Assembly: GCA_009103225.1 (NCBI GenBank)
Contig: RHPI01000193.1
Coordinates: forward strand, 554,650-618,649
Origin: Chlorokybus atmophyticus
Taxonomy: Eukaryota; Plantae; Mesostigma and Chlorokybus algae
Reading direction: 5' to 3'
Length of the DNA stretch: 64,000 nucleotides
Position numbers and translations under genes: made by a program. A model generated the notes under the pieces. It did no database searches and was not told where the DNA came from. It was given only the letters and a program-made list of their open reading frames with translations. This document shows positions 1-13,624 of the stretch, one piece after another. Every line of letters starts with the position of its first letter. The stretch's first letter is position 1.

Positions 1-901
1 TGTGAGCGATGCCTGTATCCGATTAGCTTGCCCTTTGTATATGAGTTGAGGGTCGAGGATTTTGAGGGCGGAGCGCATGGACTCCAGACTTAGCAAGGTG
101 GTTGAGATAGGACGGACTTCGGACCAGATGCTGAGTAGAGCGTCGGAGGAGTCAATGTAGCCGTGCGGATACCAAGCCATTTCAGGCACGGCCTAGCTTG
201 TTGAGAAGCTTTAATTGTAAGCTACACAGCGCAATGTAGCGCAACATATGAATTGCCAATCGGCTGAGCATAGTTGACGCAGTGCTTGCTAGAGTTGTCA
301 TGCCCATCACCCAAGCATGCTAGTTGTCATCGGGCATGCCTACAGCAGACCCTCGCCCGGCTTACCAGCATGGCAACCCGCGCGCGTCTCTGACCAGTAG
401 CTAGGTCATGTCTCTAGAGTAGCTTATGACCATAGCCTACATAGGCACCGCGCGTAGCTGTTCAGTTGTGAGTTCAGTTATAAGTCAGGTTCTATATCGA
501 GAGGGAATTCCTTGTGGAAATAGCCTCGATATGACCGTTAGCTTATGTTCTGGACAGTCATGAGTTCACTTGTATAAGTAGGCACACTGTTCACCGGATC
601 AGCTGGTGACTGTAAGTGAGAAAGCTAAGAGCTTGTGAAGCGACTTGAACTACGAAACACACCGTCCCGGTTCCCAAGAATCCCCTCACCGTGTGAGAGC
701 CTGTGCATGTTCTTGTGCACTGTGCTTGTCCTTGCTGTGAGCTTTGTGTACTTGGTCGCGGTGTGCTTGTTGGCATCCGTCAGGGCATAGCATCCACGTG
801 TTGCTTGCTCATTCACCTCACTTAACAGTGTAATTTCTCTTCCACTCACGCGAAGAACTGTGTAAACAGCACTACCTATAGTAGTGGCTTGTTGACTTAC
901 A
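1..901 (+). repeat. Candidate 5' LTR of the Gypsy element
   Basis: Non-coding block directly upstream of gag. It begins TGTGAG and ends CTTACA (TG...CA, 5/6 inverted match). No matching 3' LTR was found in the window and no clear tRNA PBS, so this is tentative. Confidence 0.3.
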
Positions 902-1015
902 GTGTCACCCTCTTTGCTCAAGTGAGTGTGATTGCAGGCTGTACATCGCAATCTGTAGTTGTACACATCACAGTGCAGTGTTGTCACCGTCATCGCATAG
1001 CGCGCACAAGCGCTA

Positions 1016-4000
1016 GTGTGTTGGGTGATAGCGGCACTGGAGATCCCATTGCAGAGCATAAACACTCTACCCTTCATCCACTTTCACCATCGCATCAGCT
1101 GTATGAGCAGGCCCACCCCTTTCTCGCCAATAGAAGAAGGGGACCTCAACAGCTGGAGCCCAACCTCCAACCTTACCTACGAGCGCGCAAGTGAAGGGAG
1201 CGATTACCGTAGCAGCAGAGGCTCACGCCCCGTCTCCGGCTTCACCTCCTCTCACTCCACTCCTCGCCAACGAGCATCTCCACCACCGTCGGACAGTGAC
1301 GACGAAGAGATGGAGCCTTCCAGCTCAACCAACTCCCTACGCTTCTCCGGACGCCCTGGCACCACCTCACTCGACGAGTTCATCATCAAGTTCCACTCCA
1401 AGATGCGGCAGCAAGCCCTCAAGAGCAAGGACTGGACAGATGAGGTATCGTTTCATGTGTCCGCTCAATACCTTTATCACGAAGCACATGATGTGTCGAA
1501 GTCCGTCGCTGAGTTGCACAAGATTGATGGCTATGGCGAGTTGGCCAGCACAATAGCCGCCACATCACTGCACAGCCCATCGGTTACTGTCCCTGTAGCA
1601 GCGGCCCCGCCCGCCTCAGTCATGGGTCTCACTCTAGCTGCAGCCATGGAGAAGGCAGAGAATGAAGAACTTGAGGTGGTAGTGGCCTCATTGACTCCTG
1701 CAGAGATCGAAAGCAAGAAGGCCGAGCGCCGGATCAGGATACTCAACCGCACCGCTGCCATCATCAGGGAGCAACAAGAGGAGCAGCAAACTGCAGCGTT
1801 GGAGATGGGTACGCCCCTGCTACCAACACCGAACTCGCGTGCTCCAGCGGGAGGCAGTGTTTTCACCCTCGGCTCAGTGGCATTGCGTGCACCCGCGCTT
1901 ACGGTGGGCGCGGCCATGTCGGACTCCCCGTTGAAGGACCTCTACGCCGCACTCCGGCGCACCTTCCCACCTCAAACCAACAGCAAGGTGGAGGAGTTGA
2001 GGCGTTTTCGACGGAAGCCCCACGAGGACCCTCTCCGACTGTATTCACGATTGGAAGGGTTGCTCAAGACACTGACTACAAGATCGGCAGTGAGGAGGCG
2101 GCAGCAGTGGTGTATGTGGCCGAGTTGGATCCCACCCTGAGTGAGTCGACGCGCCTGACGCTGAACTACAGCAGGCCCCTCGGCTACACCCTCAAGGAAG
2201 CTTTCGAGACTGCACAAGCCATCCATAAGCGCGCAGTGTATGAGAAAGCGGTGCTGGACACCAACCGCAGTGCCTCGCGGCCTATGGNAGGCACAAGTGC
2301 AGAGCCTCACGGCATATGGCAGGCACAAGTGCAGAGCCTCTTCGGCGGGACCGCAGCCGAGAGCCGCAAGGCATCCACAACAAGGATAAACGGTCAGCTC
2401 ATGCTGCCTTTGTGGCTCCAGTGCTGTGCCACCGGTGTGGTCGACATGGCCACTACCAAAAGGAGTGCACCGAAGATTACGGCAACCTTGTGTGCGACTA
2501 CTGCCACAAGACGGGACACTTGGAGACAGTATGCTGGCTCATGTTCCCTGAGCTGCGGCCCTCTATTGGCTACAACAATGGCAACAACGCTGTTGGCTAC
2601 CGCGGCAACAACAACAACAACAACGGGGGCTACAACAACGGCAACCACGCTGGCGGCTACAATAACAGCAACAACGCTGGTGGTCGCAACAACGGCAACA
2701 ACGCTGGTGGCCACAACCCCAACAACAACAACAACGCTAGGGCCCGCAAGGAAGAAGCTGGCTACAGAGGGAAAAACCGCCCTCCACAGCACAAAGAACC
2801 TGAGGGACGTCCTCGCGCTGGAGTTGCTGCTGTAAAGGCACCAACCAATCCACCGGCTATTGACCAAGTGGCAGCCCTGATGGCACGCGTGGCACAGCTG
2901 GAGGAGAACACGGAGCAGGACTATCAAGCCTGGTATGCTGCTAGGTGGGCACTGATGGCACCAAAACGGGATAGGGATTCACCCACGCCGTCACGCGTAC
3001 AACCATCAAGATGTGCGCGCAGGGAAGCTGGCGCGTCGTTAACAGCGGCATTGTCGGACGCCACAAGTGGTGCTGCCTCGGCAGCCACAACCACTGCTGG
3101 CACGACGCCGTCGACGACACCGTCGGCGCCCACATCGACCACGACGGCAGGTGTCAGCATTCTTGGTACCACGCTGTCCCCGGTGATGGAGAGCACCCAC
3201 GTCGCAACAACCATGGTCGTTGGGTTCGTACGTGGTGAATCCACCACTCCTGCCTCCATCGAAGCGACCACATCGGCCGCAACTGCTGCCACCCTCACGG
3301 CCGCCACCTCAGTGACGACGACTGCTGCAGGTGCCACCACCATCGCCTCCAGTAGTGCTGCCGCACCCACTGCACCACTTCCTGAGATTCGAGCGGCACC
3401 GCCACCGGCGCTGGACGTCACACAGCAAGTGCCACGCGGGCCACAAGCAGAACGCGCCTGGGCGTCGGTTCTACGCAATGTGGAGCCCACCACCATTGTG
3501 TACGGACCAGGGGGGCAACGCACCACGCGCGTGGCACGCGATGATCGCATCTTGCCCCTACCACCTCCAGAATACCACACGCTGCCGAACCCACAAAACA
3601 ACAGCTGGAGGATAAAATCCTCGCCGGCACTGCACCAGAGATGAGGGATCGTCTCTTCGGGGTCACCTACCGGCGCCCCTGCAGTATTGAAGCTGGCCAT
3701 CCAGTTGTTCCTGGCATTGCACGCACGATTACAAGGCGCACTCAGTGAAACGCGGCAACCCATGCCCGCTCAATAGATCGACTTTGAGCCGTCGCCACTG
3801 GACCCACTCGGCCTTCAACGGCACAAAATACAAGACCTCGTGGTCACCATGTCTGACATCGCGTTTGGCGCTGATCCCGCTCTCCGGTGGCTCACTCAAG
3901 GCAGTCGTCAAGAGCGTTTCTCTGCCCTCGAACAGGCCCATCGTTATCGGGTGGACCAAGCTGCCCAAGTGGACGCGCGCCGACAAGCATACGAAGCAGC

Positions 4001-5174
4001 ACTCGCCGTTATCGTACCAACCGTAGCGCCAACAAATGTTGCCAGCGCCTCCACGGCGCTGACCATAGAGTACTCCACGGCAGTCGCCATCGAACAGGCG
4101 GGACACGCAACTGTTGCAGACCAAGCGAGGGCGTTGGCGCAACAATTGAGGGGGGTAATCGCCCCGCTGCTGCCTCCTTTGGTCGAAGACATGCCTGAGG
4201 ATTAACACGATGCAGGGCGAGGGTACCTCACCCCGCAAGGGGACACCACACAACGAGGAGGAGCTGGTATGGTGGGGGAGCAACAGCTCCGTACCGCACT
4301 CATCCGGCAAGCAGTCATGTTGCACAGGCCTGAGGGCAACACATTAAGACAGATAATGGGGATGCAAGAGGGCAGCGCCGCTCGAGCCCGTCTCGTGACA
4401 TGGCTCGTTGCCAATCACCCTGCTGTCCCCCTGTTTGCCTTTGGCAACCGAGCATCATAGTTGGGGGCATTCGTTCGTTCGCTGCGACAAGCATTCGACG
4501 AGGCTGCCACCACAGCCCCGGACACGCTGGAGGGAGTGCAAGAGGCAATGCTGCGGCTGCCAGAGGTGGAAGCCGCACGGTAACAGCGGCGCATCGCCAT
4601 TGCTCATGAGCTACACGCACGGCAGACTGACCTCCAGCGCACCCTACGCGCGCGCGCCATGACCGTGCTCGATGTGGGAGTGGTACAAGGAAGGTGGGAT
4701 GCCTACATGGCAGGGATCTTGCGAGTCCCCACCATCACTCACGACATGCGGCGACAGCTACTACGCGCCGTATACCTGCAGCCCATGCCTCAATATCATC
4801 ATTGGACCGACACGGACACCGAGCCCACGGCCACGTGGGAAGGGACATTGGTCATAGTAGCGGCTCATGCTGTCCAATGAACGTACGCCGCGGAGCAAGC
4901 TAAACGCGAGGCAGGCCCACAAACACCGGGTCCGCCGGGGTTTCCTCCATAGCCATTGGGTACACCCGCGGGCACGATTGCAGCTTCGCAGAGGCGGCAT
5001 CCACCTGCGCCGCCACCACAACCAGCGCCGGAACCTCCAGCACCGAGGCCCCCCCGTGTCTACCAACCACCACGACAAGGTCGGTTCGGCAGAGGGAGAG
5101 GGCAAGGCGGGGGTTCTCCGGACCCAGCAGGCAGAGGAGGAGTTGGCTGCCATGCGCTCAGCACCCCCAGCTGA
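1016..5174 (+). pseudogene. Very long gag-like ORF with two zinc knuckles (2427-2534), disrupted
   Basis: ORFs 1016-2140, 2107-2283 and 2316-5174. Knuckles CHRCGRHGHYQKEC and CDYCHKTGHLETVC. The frame starting at 2316 continues to 5174 through stops at 3642, 3774, 4203, 4458, 4581, 4878 and 4950. Confidence 0.8.
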
Positions 5175-5586
5175 GAGAACTGAGTCAGAGGTGCAGACAA
5201 CTCGTATGAAGAGGCTGCGTATCGACGCCAACGCTGCCATGGTGGCCAACCAAGGCAAGCACATTACCATCAACGGCCTGGCACCCAAGCGAGTAATGTT
5301 GGACACCGGAGCACAGCCTGTCATCATCGGCCGCTTCCTCGCGCGGTCCCTCGGCATAACCAGCTCCGACTTGGTGCCTTGCCCGTACGTGTTGGACACT
5401 GCCACAGGTAGCCGAGATAAGGTGATGGGAGTCACGAGGGAGGCCTTTTGCATTCGGTTGACAGGGCTGGACCCAACCCACACGACCGAGATCGTCCAGC
5501 AATGTGTGGTCACCAATGCCGGCTCCTTCGACTTTCTGCTTGGGCAGGACTTCAACTTCCCTGTGGGCATGGGCCTCGACTGCTAG
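5150..5586 (+). pseudogene. Retropepsin-type aspartic protease
   Basis: RVMLDTGAQPVIIG (catalytic D-T-G, codon GAC at 5302) and a C-terminal FDFLLGQDF motif. Confidence 0.9.
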
Positions 5587-5980
5587 ACAGAGCGAGCGTG
5601 GTTCCGGCCACATTGGGATGAGGATGACGGAGAGGTGCAGGGTTTCCTGCCTCTCGAGTTGGTCTCGCGCACGCGCACCCAACGCAAAATGGCTGCCATG
5701 GCCACACGCAGCCACGCCCGCACCCGGAAGGCTGCAATGGCCACAAACAACGGCGCGCGCACGCAAGTTGCTGCTGGTGCCACGGCCCCGTGTCGAACCG
5801 TCGACTCCTCTCCCACCCCGTACAGCGAGGAGCAGGAAGATGCTACCGTGGAAGTAGCATTACAAGACCCAGCTGAACGGCGCTGGCGCGCACAGGTGGA
5901 TGCGCACGTCTTGCTCAGCCATCCACTAATCACCACGCGCTTCCCCAACTACCGAAGCCACATCAAGGCAGGACCACCAT

Positions 5981-7000
5981 ATGGTGGCCACCGGAGTGGT
6001 AGAGTTCCACACCTTTCGCAGACAACAGGGCATCACAGTGTTGGAGCTGTTTGGAGGCATTGGCAGCGGTCTTGCTGCGGTCCTCAACACGGGCGTGAAG
6101 GTTGTCAAATACTATAACTGCGACCCAGACCCACACGCGCAAATGGTGCTTAAGCACCACCTACGCCAACTGCACGCCAGGTATCCACGTCAACTACCCC
6201 TCTCGGCGCAAGGCAGCCTCAAAGCATTGCCACAGGACATTCGGCTGATGATTGAAGATCACCTCCTGTCCCTCGGCGACGTCGACCTGTTAATAGCTGG
6301 ATGGGAATGCCAAGGGCACTCCAGGGCAGGCAAGGGGCAAGGCCTCGAATACCCTCGCTCCGGGCTGTTCTGGGAGCTGATGGGAATCATCCACCTCCTT
6401 CAACACCACCAGATCTCCAGACCCTTGCGGTACGTCATCGAAAATGTGCATTTAAAAGACGACAAGCGTCCGCACGTGGCCTCCAGCTACCGACAAGTTT
6501 GCTCCATTCTGGGGCACCCACTCAAAGTGAACGCGGCATGACATGGCTCGCGCGCACATCGTGTACGTGCCAAATGGACAAACTTGGCCACCGTGGAGGA
6601 ACTCATGACCGCCGAATACACACGCAGCGCTCGGCCACGCAACCTGCTGGTCGATGACATCCTTGACCCCGGCCGCACAGCACAACCTGTCCTGCGTCAT
6701 GACCACAACCACTTCTACCCGTGCAATCAGCCCGGTCAGCCCCGTCGCGCACTCCCCACCTTGGTGTCCTACCCGGGCTCCTACGCATTTCGGAACGGTG
6801 GTGACGGAATGGTGTTCGATGCAACCACCAACAGGCTGGAAGAACCCAACGCACGCGAACGTGAACGCGCCATGGGATTCTTCCCCAACAGCATCACGGG
6901 CTCATCGCTGACAGATAGTCAGCAATGCCAGCTGCTTGATCGCGCCGTGGACCAGAACAGCATGGTATGGCTGCTGGAGCTGAGCTTCGCATTGCAGGAC
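5981..7000 (+). pseudogene. DNA (cytosine-5) methyltransferase domain embedded in Gypsy pol
   Basis: Motif I VLELFGGIGSG, motif IV variant LLIAGWECQGHS (catalytic Cys kept), RSGLFWE, motif VI YVIENV, motif VIII-like AHRVRAKWTNL, and ERERAMGF. One in-frame TGA at 6539-6541. Confidence 0.9.
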
Positions 7001-7283
7001 CGCCACGTGTTCTTCAAGGATCTCGAACACTTGGCTGGGGGGTGGGCTGATCGCGTAGCCGACACCAAGGCAGCTCACACAGCCCTCGAGGTGATCCACA
7101 TGGAGGAGCAAGCAGCAGTGACAGTGGAGGACATTCTTGTGGCTGCCAATGCAACCTCCTGGGACCATGCCATTGGCCCATTGGCCACAGAAGACACTTG
7201 AGAGAAGCTGGAGGCTCTCCTCAACAAATGGAGGAGCCAATTCAGCTTCAATATAAAGGAATTGGGTACATGCTCAGTACCAG

Positions 7284-8560
7284 ATGGACATCGAGCTGGT
7301 GGACACTGAGCCGGCGTTCCGACGACAATACAGGCTCTCCAAGTTGGAAGAAGACTTGGTGGAACAGAGATGTAAGGCGCTGCTGGATGCAGGCCTTAAC
7401 GAAGAGTCCACTTTGGACTTCGCAGCAGCAACCGTCATGCCACTGAAGAAGGATTCAGCAGGCAACTGAACAGAGCGACGCATGTGTGGCGACTATCGCC
7501 CCCTCAACAACAAGACCAAGCAAGACCGGTACCCCATGCCCACAGCAGAGGGTATTTTTGATGATGTGGGAGATTGTACAGTCTTCAGCATCCTGGACAT
7601 GCGTCAGGGGTACAACCAAATCGCCATCAAGGACGAGGACAAGCACAAGACCTCCTTCTGGGGCAACCGACAGTTGTACCAATGGAAGGTAATGCCGTTC
7701 GGGCTGAAGAATGCCCCCGCCAAGTTTCAACGCGTCACGGACAAAGCCTTGAAGGGGCTGGACTGCGCGCGGTGCTACATCGATGACATCCTCATCTTCA
7801 GCCGCAGCAACGAGGAGCATCTTCAGCACATTGAAGCGGTGCTGGAACGACTCAAGGGAGTGGGGATGACCGTACACCCCGACAAGTGTACCTTCTTCAC
7901 CCACAAGGTGCCATACTTAGGGCACATGATTGTGCCCCATGGTGTGTATGTGCAGCAGGCAAAAGTAGAGGCTTTGGCAGCTATCCCTGCCCCGACAGAC
8001 CTCACACGTCTGCGCGCTTTCTTGGGACTTGCCAACTACTATCGCCGGTTCGTGAAGGACTTCGCGAAGATCGCAAGGCCCCTCAACGAGCTACCGAAGA
8101 AGGAGGTGGAGTTCGCGTGGAAGGAGCCGCAACAGCAGGCCTTCGAGGAGCTGAAGAGCAGGCTCACCAGCGCTCCCATCCTTCAACGTCCGGATTACGC
8201 CAAGCCTTTCATCCTTCACACCGACTGGAGCAAGCTGGGGATGGGAGCGGTGCTGGTGCAGCACGATGAGAACAAGAAGGAGCGGGTGGTGTCATACGCT
8301 AGCCGAAGCAACAACAGTGCCGAGGCCAACTACAGCAGCTACGAAGGGGAGTGCCTCGCTGCAGTGTGGGCCATCTTCTTCTTCCGACTTTTCCTCTTTC
8401 GTCGACAGTTCCAACTGATCACCGATCATCAGCCCCTCAAGTGGCTGATGACCAACCAACATCTGACAGGGAAACTTGCTCGATGGGCCCTGCTGTTGCA
8501 GGAATACGACTTCGAGATCGACCACCGCGCTGGCCTCACCAACCAAGACGCCAATGGCCT
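7284..8560 (+). pseudogene. Reverse transcriptase and RNase H
   Basis: ORFs 7284-7469 and 7482-8714 share a frame and are split by TGA at 7467 where W is expected. YIDD catalytic motif; FLGLANYYRRFV; RNase H SYASR and SSYEGECLA motifs. Confidence 0.95.
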
Positions 8561-8849
8561 CGCAGTCGCAACCCTCACCTCAGCACCAACGACGCAACTG
8601 GAGCTCGGCATGAGCTCATCCCTGCAGCAACAGCCCCCACCATGGCAGCCATGTTTGCTGCTGCCGCGTTGCGCTCAGGGCGCAAGACCAACACCACGGC
8701 CTCAGCAGTGGTAGAGGAGATTCCTGCCCTTGAGTCTATTGACCCTGCGGCAACCACACCCTTGGGAGACGCCCACGCAGCCGACATTGACGTCGATGAC
8801 ACAGAGCTGGCGCCCACTGACACCAGGCAGGACATATGGCAGGACAAGC

Positions 8850-9750
8850 CATCACTCTCCTTTCTTCAAAGTGTTCAACTTCCCTCCGGCATGAGCGCTC
8901 GGGAGAAGGACCGGGTCAACCAACACACCCGTCACTATCGATGGGCAGGTGACAAGCTGTATCGCCGCTTCCACGATGAAGACAAGGAAGTGCCGACACC
9001 AGTCACGCGCGAGGGCATCATCACTTCCCTCCACACTGAGCTTGGACACTTCGGTGTCAAGCGTACAGTCAGCCTAGTGAGGGCACAATATTGGTGGTAT
9101 GGATTAACAAAACAGGTGCAAAGGTTCGTCAGCCACTGCCAGCAGTGTGACATGGTGCGCGCCAGCCTCAACACGCGTAGCGCCACCTTGCACCCACTCC
9201 CCATCTCCGGTCTCTTTTACCGATGGGGACTCGACATCTTGGGGGACTTGGCACCCTCAGCACGTGGCAACCGTTACATCCTGGCCATGATCGAGCACTT
9301 CTCCAAATGGGTGGAGCTGGTGCCATTGCCCGACAAGAGCAGCAGGGGGGTGTCTCAAGCCTTCCTCTCTCACGTTCTCAGCCGATTTGGCAGCTGCGCC
9401 GAGGTCATCACTGACCAAGGTACGGAGTTCAGAGGGGAATTCGACACCCTCTTGGACAAATGTTACATCGACCACCGCCGTACCTCGCTTGATCACCCTC
9501 AAGCCGACGGCCTCGCCGAACGTACAGTACAGACCATCAAGAAGGCACTCCGCAAATACGTGCTGGAGTACGAAAAGAACACTTGGGATGACCACCTCCC
9601 GTGGGTGGACCTTGGATATTGATTGTCAAAGCAGGCGGCTCTGCGGGAGTACAGCCCGTACTACCTGCTGTTCGGGCGACCACTATTGCTCCCCTTTCGT
9701 GCGCAGCAGGAGGTGGATCGCGCCGTGAACAACCTCGACGACCCTGACTG
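8850..9750 (+). pseudogene. Integrase (HHCC zinc finger and DDE core)
   Basis: HTELGHFG...CQQC; WGLDILG; ITDQGTEF; DGLAERTVQTIK. Stop at 9620-9622 and a later frameshift. Confidence 0.95.
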
Positions 9751-10130
9751 GCATGCACCACGACATCACCACGTGCGCCGCGCTCTTCGAGCGCACCGTC
9801 CCCATGGCCTTCAACAACCTGCGCATCGCGCAGCATCGCGACACGTTGCGCTACGAGCGCGTACGCAGCGGCTTCTACAAGGAGCGCCAACGGCGGTTCC
9901 AAGCGGGGGACTTTGCCTATCGCATGGCAGCCAGCAAAGACACGCTTGACACCTCCGTAGGCCGCACCGTTTACAAGGTACTCAAAGTGTACCCCACAGG
10001 GGTGCTGGACCTCCTTGGTCAAAACGGAGAGAGGTTGAAGGACAACATGGTGAACTTTGCGCCATGTTACCTTCCTTACGTAGCCGGCTTCGGGCGTATC
10101 CAGCACCCTCGTCCCGCGCGCAGCACACGC

Positions 10131-10265
10131 TGTGAACGCTGCGGCAGCGCCGCCGATGACGCACTCGTGATGCTCTGCGATGGCTGCAACAAAGGCCTGC
10201 ATTGCTATTGCCTGGAGCCACCTTTGGACACGATACCTATGGAGGAATGTTGGTGCGACGATTGC
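10131..10265 (+). other. PHD finger (C4HC3) at the pol C-terminus
   Basis: CERCGSAADDALVMLCDGCNKGLHCYCLEPPLDTIPMEECWCDDC has canonical PHD ligand spacing, including the LCDGC, HxxCLxPPL and W features. Confidence 0.92.
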
Positions 10266-10332
10266 CGTACCAACGGCCCTCCTCACTTGCGTTAGCAGCT
10301 GAGCTCTGGAGCTGGGACCTTCCCCAGAGCCC

Positions 10333-10340
10333 AGGGGGGG
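10333..10340 (+). other. Polypurine tract (plus-strand primer site)
   Basis: AGGGGGGG about 40 nt after the pol stop, followed by TG. Confidence 0.55.
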
Positions 10341-11378
10341 TGGCTTGTTGACTTTGTATGCTACAGCACAGCATGTTCTTAGGGAGAACACCGACTCCAC
10401 CTGCCCGTACTACCCAGCAGCAGCACACCAGCTGCACGAAGCACTTGTCACCATGAGGGTTGAGGTCATCTTTCTATTTTTGCTACGCATTACACAGGTG
10501 GCGCAGCAGCATGTCCAGCACAGCATGGCTGTCCATGCAGCTGTCCGAGACAGCGTGACCCTCGACTCCCCTCGACCCGACAGAGTAGACATTTGTAAGA
10601 CTGGTGGGATAAGAGCGCGCGCATTTGTTGCAATACTGAGGTACAGAGGTCTTGGGGTCATCATGTAGCATGTGTGTGTGTGCTATGGCAGTAGTAGTAG
10701 CAGCCGTAGTACTCGTGTTGTGGATGTTGTCGGCGTGTTACCTGCACATGTATATATAAAAATGCATATGCTGTCTCGCCATCACCAATTAGTTTGAAAA
10801 CCATGCATGGTTCGCGGTAACGAAACGGGATTTTGCTCTAGCAAATCGGCGCCACTATCGCATCCTACGATCAATAGTGAGCCGTAACATCCAGGCTTTT
10901 GACAATGCTTGTGTTGCATTGAGGCTGCGCAAATCTGAACATTGAATCTGAGCAACACACAAGACACAGTCGCGTCGGTCGTCTTGTTGTATCAGACCAT
11001 CTGTTGCTTCGTGTTGTTGTGTTGTTGTGACACTTAAACACATAGGTGTCACATCAGTTAATGTGACAGCTATGCGTAAAGCTATGCATACGATTTGTGT
11101 CCAAGCTGCTTCCCATACTTTGGCTGTGTCATAACCATTGAGTGATTTAACCATTGAGTGACAGCTGTACAAGCCAACATGTTGCATGTTGCAAAAAGGG
11201 TATCACCACCCAACATATCCTTTCATTGCTGTCTTCGTCTTTCCAATGGTCATCAAAGCCTTACCTGGCTGGCGTAGTCTCATTGTGGGATTGAAGGCGA
11301 GGGCTGTATGTGTGTATGTGCCCACATGTGTGTATGTGTCTCAAGTTGTGTATCTGTCGTGTCGTGAATGGCTAAGGC

Positions 11379-12480
<1,102 letters not shown>

Positions 12481-12711
12481 ACTCCAACACAATCAGCATC
12501 AACTGTGCGTGCACGCGCCTATGCCGACGCCCACAAGCCCACATGCAGGCAATGCTTACATTGCCTGCATGTGAAGAAACACAACGACCCGCAAACATTT
12601 TACACCCGCATTGGATTAGTTATGTATATATCAAGTGCAATGTATAGCTCAGCTCAGCCCAACCACCCAATTAACCGTACAACTCATGCAATGCACGACA
12701 GCGACACTCCA

Positions 12712-13078
12712 TCACCAAACAATAACAAACTGGGCAGCACACGACAAACACTTCCTCACAAACCTCAAGGCAACATGATCACCCGCTTGTCCACCAGCAC
12801 CAATCCCCTCGCAACCCCCGAGCAAAGGCACCAGCAGCTTCCCGCCCCTCACAATGCACCTGGTGTTGTGCTTGATGTGCATGTCATCGCTATCGTCGTC
12901 ATCGTCGTCGTCGTTGTCGTGGTCGTCATAGTAGTAAAGGTCGTCCTTGTAGCGGTCGCCGTCGTCCTCCTTGTCCTTGTTGCTGTCCAGCGCCTCAGCG
13001 AGCACGTCAATCAGCTCCACGCAAGGCTCGTCCAGCGGCACCTCCACAACGAGATCACTAACAGCCTCAGACCCACTG
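12712..13078 (-). repeat. Inverted duplicate of the 3' part of the secreted-protein gene
   Basis: The minus strand reads SEAVSDLVVEVPLDEPCVELIDVLAEALD...IVRGGKLLVPLLGGCEG, versus plus-strand 15345-15771 SEAVSRDLVVEVGLGKADVELMDVLAEALD...IVRGGKLLVLSLGGCEG. Confidence 0.85.
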
Positions 13079-13624
13079 AGAGCACTGAGCACTGTGTCAC
13101 GCAGCTGCTCATTGAATGCAAGCAGCTGTGTGCGCACAAACACGTGAACCTCACAACCACGACAGCAACAACAAAACAAGTGGCATACGTTGTGTCCGAA
13201 CCTGCATTGCTCGGCGTGGCTTCCCATTTGCCCACATAGGCATGATGCATGTGCTTCCAAACCGCCATGCTTTAATCCCAAACCAACACATGCAACCACG
13301 CACAGTCAACAGGTTTGGACAGGCAGGCAGACAGACAACAGTCAGTCAACAGCAACACACAACCAGACCCTGTCCACACCATCCCACATTACTACAATGT
13401 TGCTTTTCCAGCACCTTTGAGCGCGCAACCCGCACGCCGTCACTGTCTGGTACCTCAGATTGGATTCAAAGGTGGTCTTATTACGCTTATACTACGCACA
13501 GCGTGTGCCACTCGGTCAGAATACAATCCAACTCATCCCAACCTACCCTTCTACGTTGCCTCTCTTTCCTCACTCTGTCTCTTTCTCTCTCAATCTGAAT
13601 GCACATACACATACACACACACAA

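Larger units (their letters stand above)
1016..10350 (+). mobile_element. Ty3/Gypsy LTR retrotransposon internal region (gag-PR-C5 MTase-RT-RNaseH-IN-PHD), decayed
   Basis: Domain order PR-RT-RH-IN is the Gypsy order. Motifs seen: two CCHC knuckles, VMLDTGA protease, RT (RMCGDYRPLN, LDMRQGYNQI, MPFGLKNAPA, YIDD), RNase H (LHTDWS, ITDHQPL), integrase HHCC plus D/D/E, and a purine tract at 10333-10340. Multiple stops and frameshifts. Confidence 0.95.

Noticed and set aside
2283-2340. Apparent programmed frameshift or tandem repeat in gag
   Set aside because: It is a 32-nt duplication containing an N. Removing it fuses the 2107 and 2316 frames, so it is an overlap artefact.
9537-10400. Long antisense ORFs within the Gypsy element (also 1531-1917, 2924-3763, 4761-5570)
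   Set aside because: They are shadows of GC-rich sense coding sequence with no recognisable motifs.
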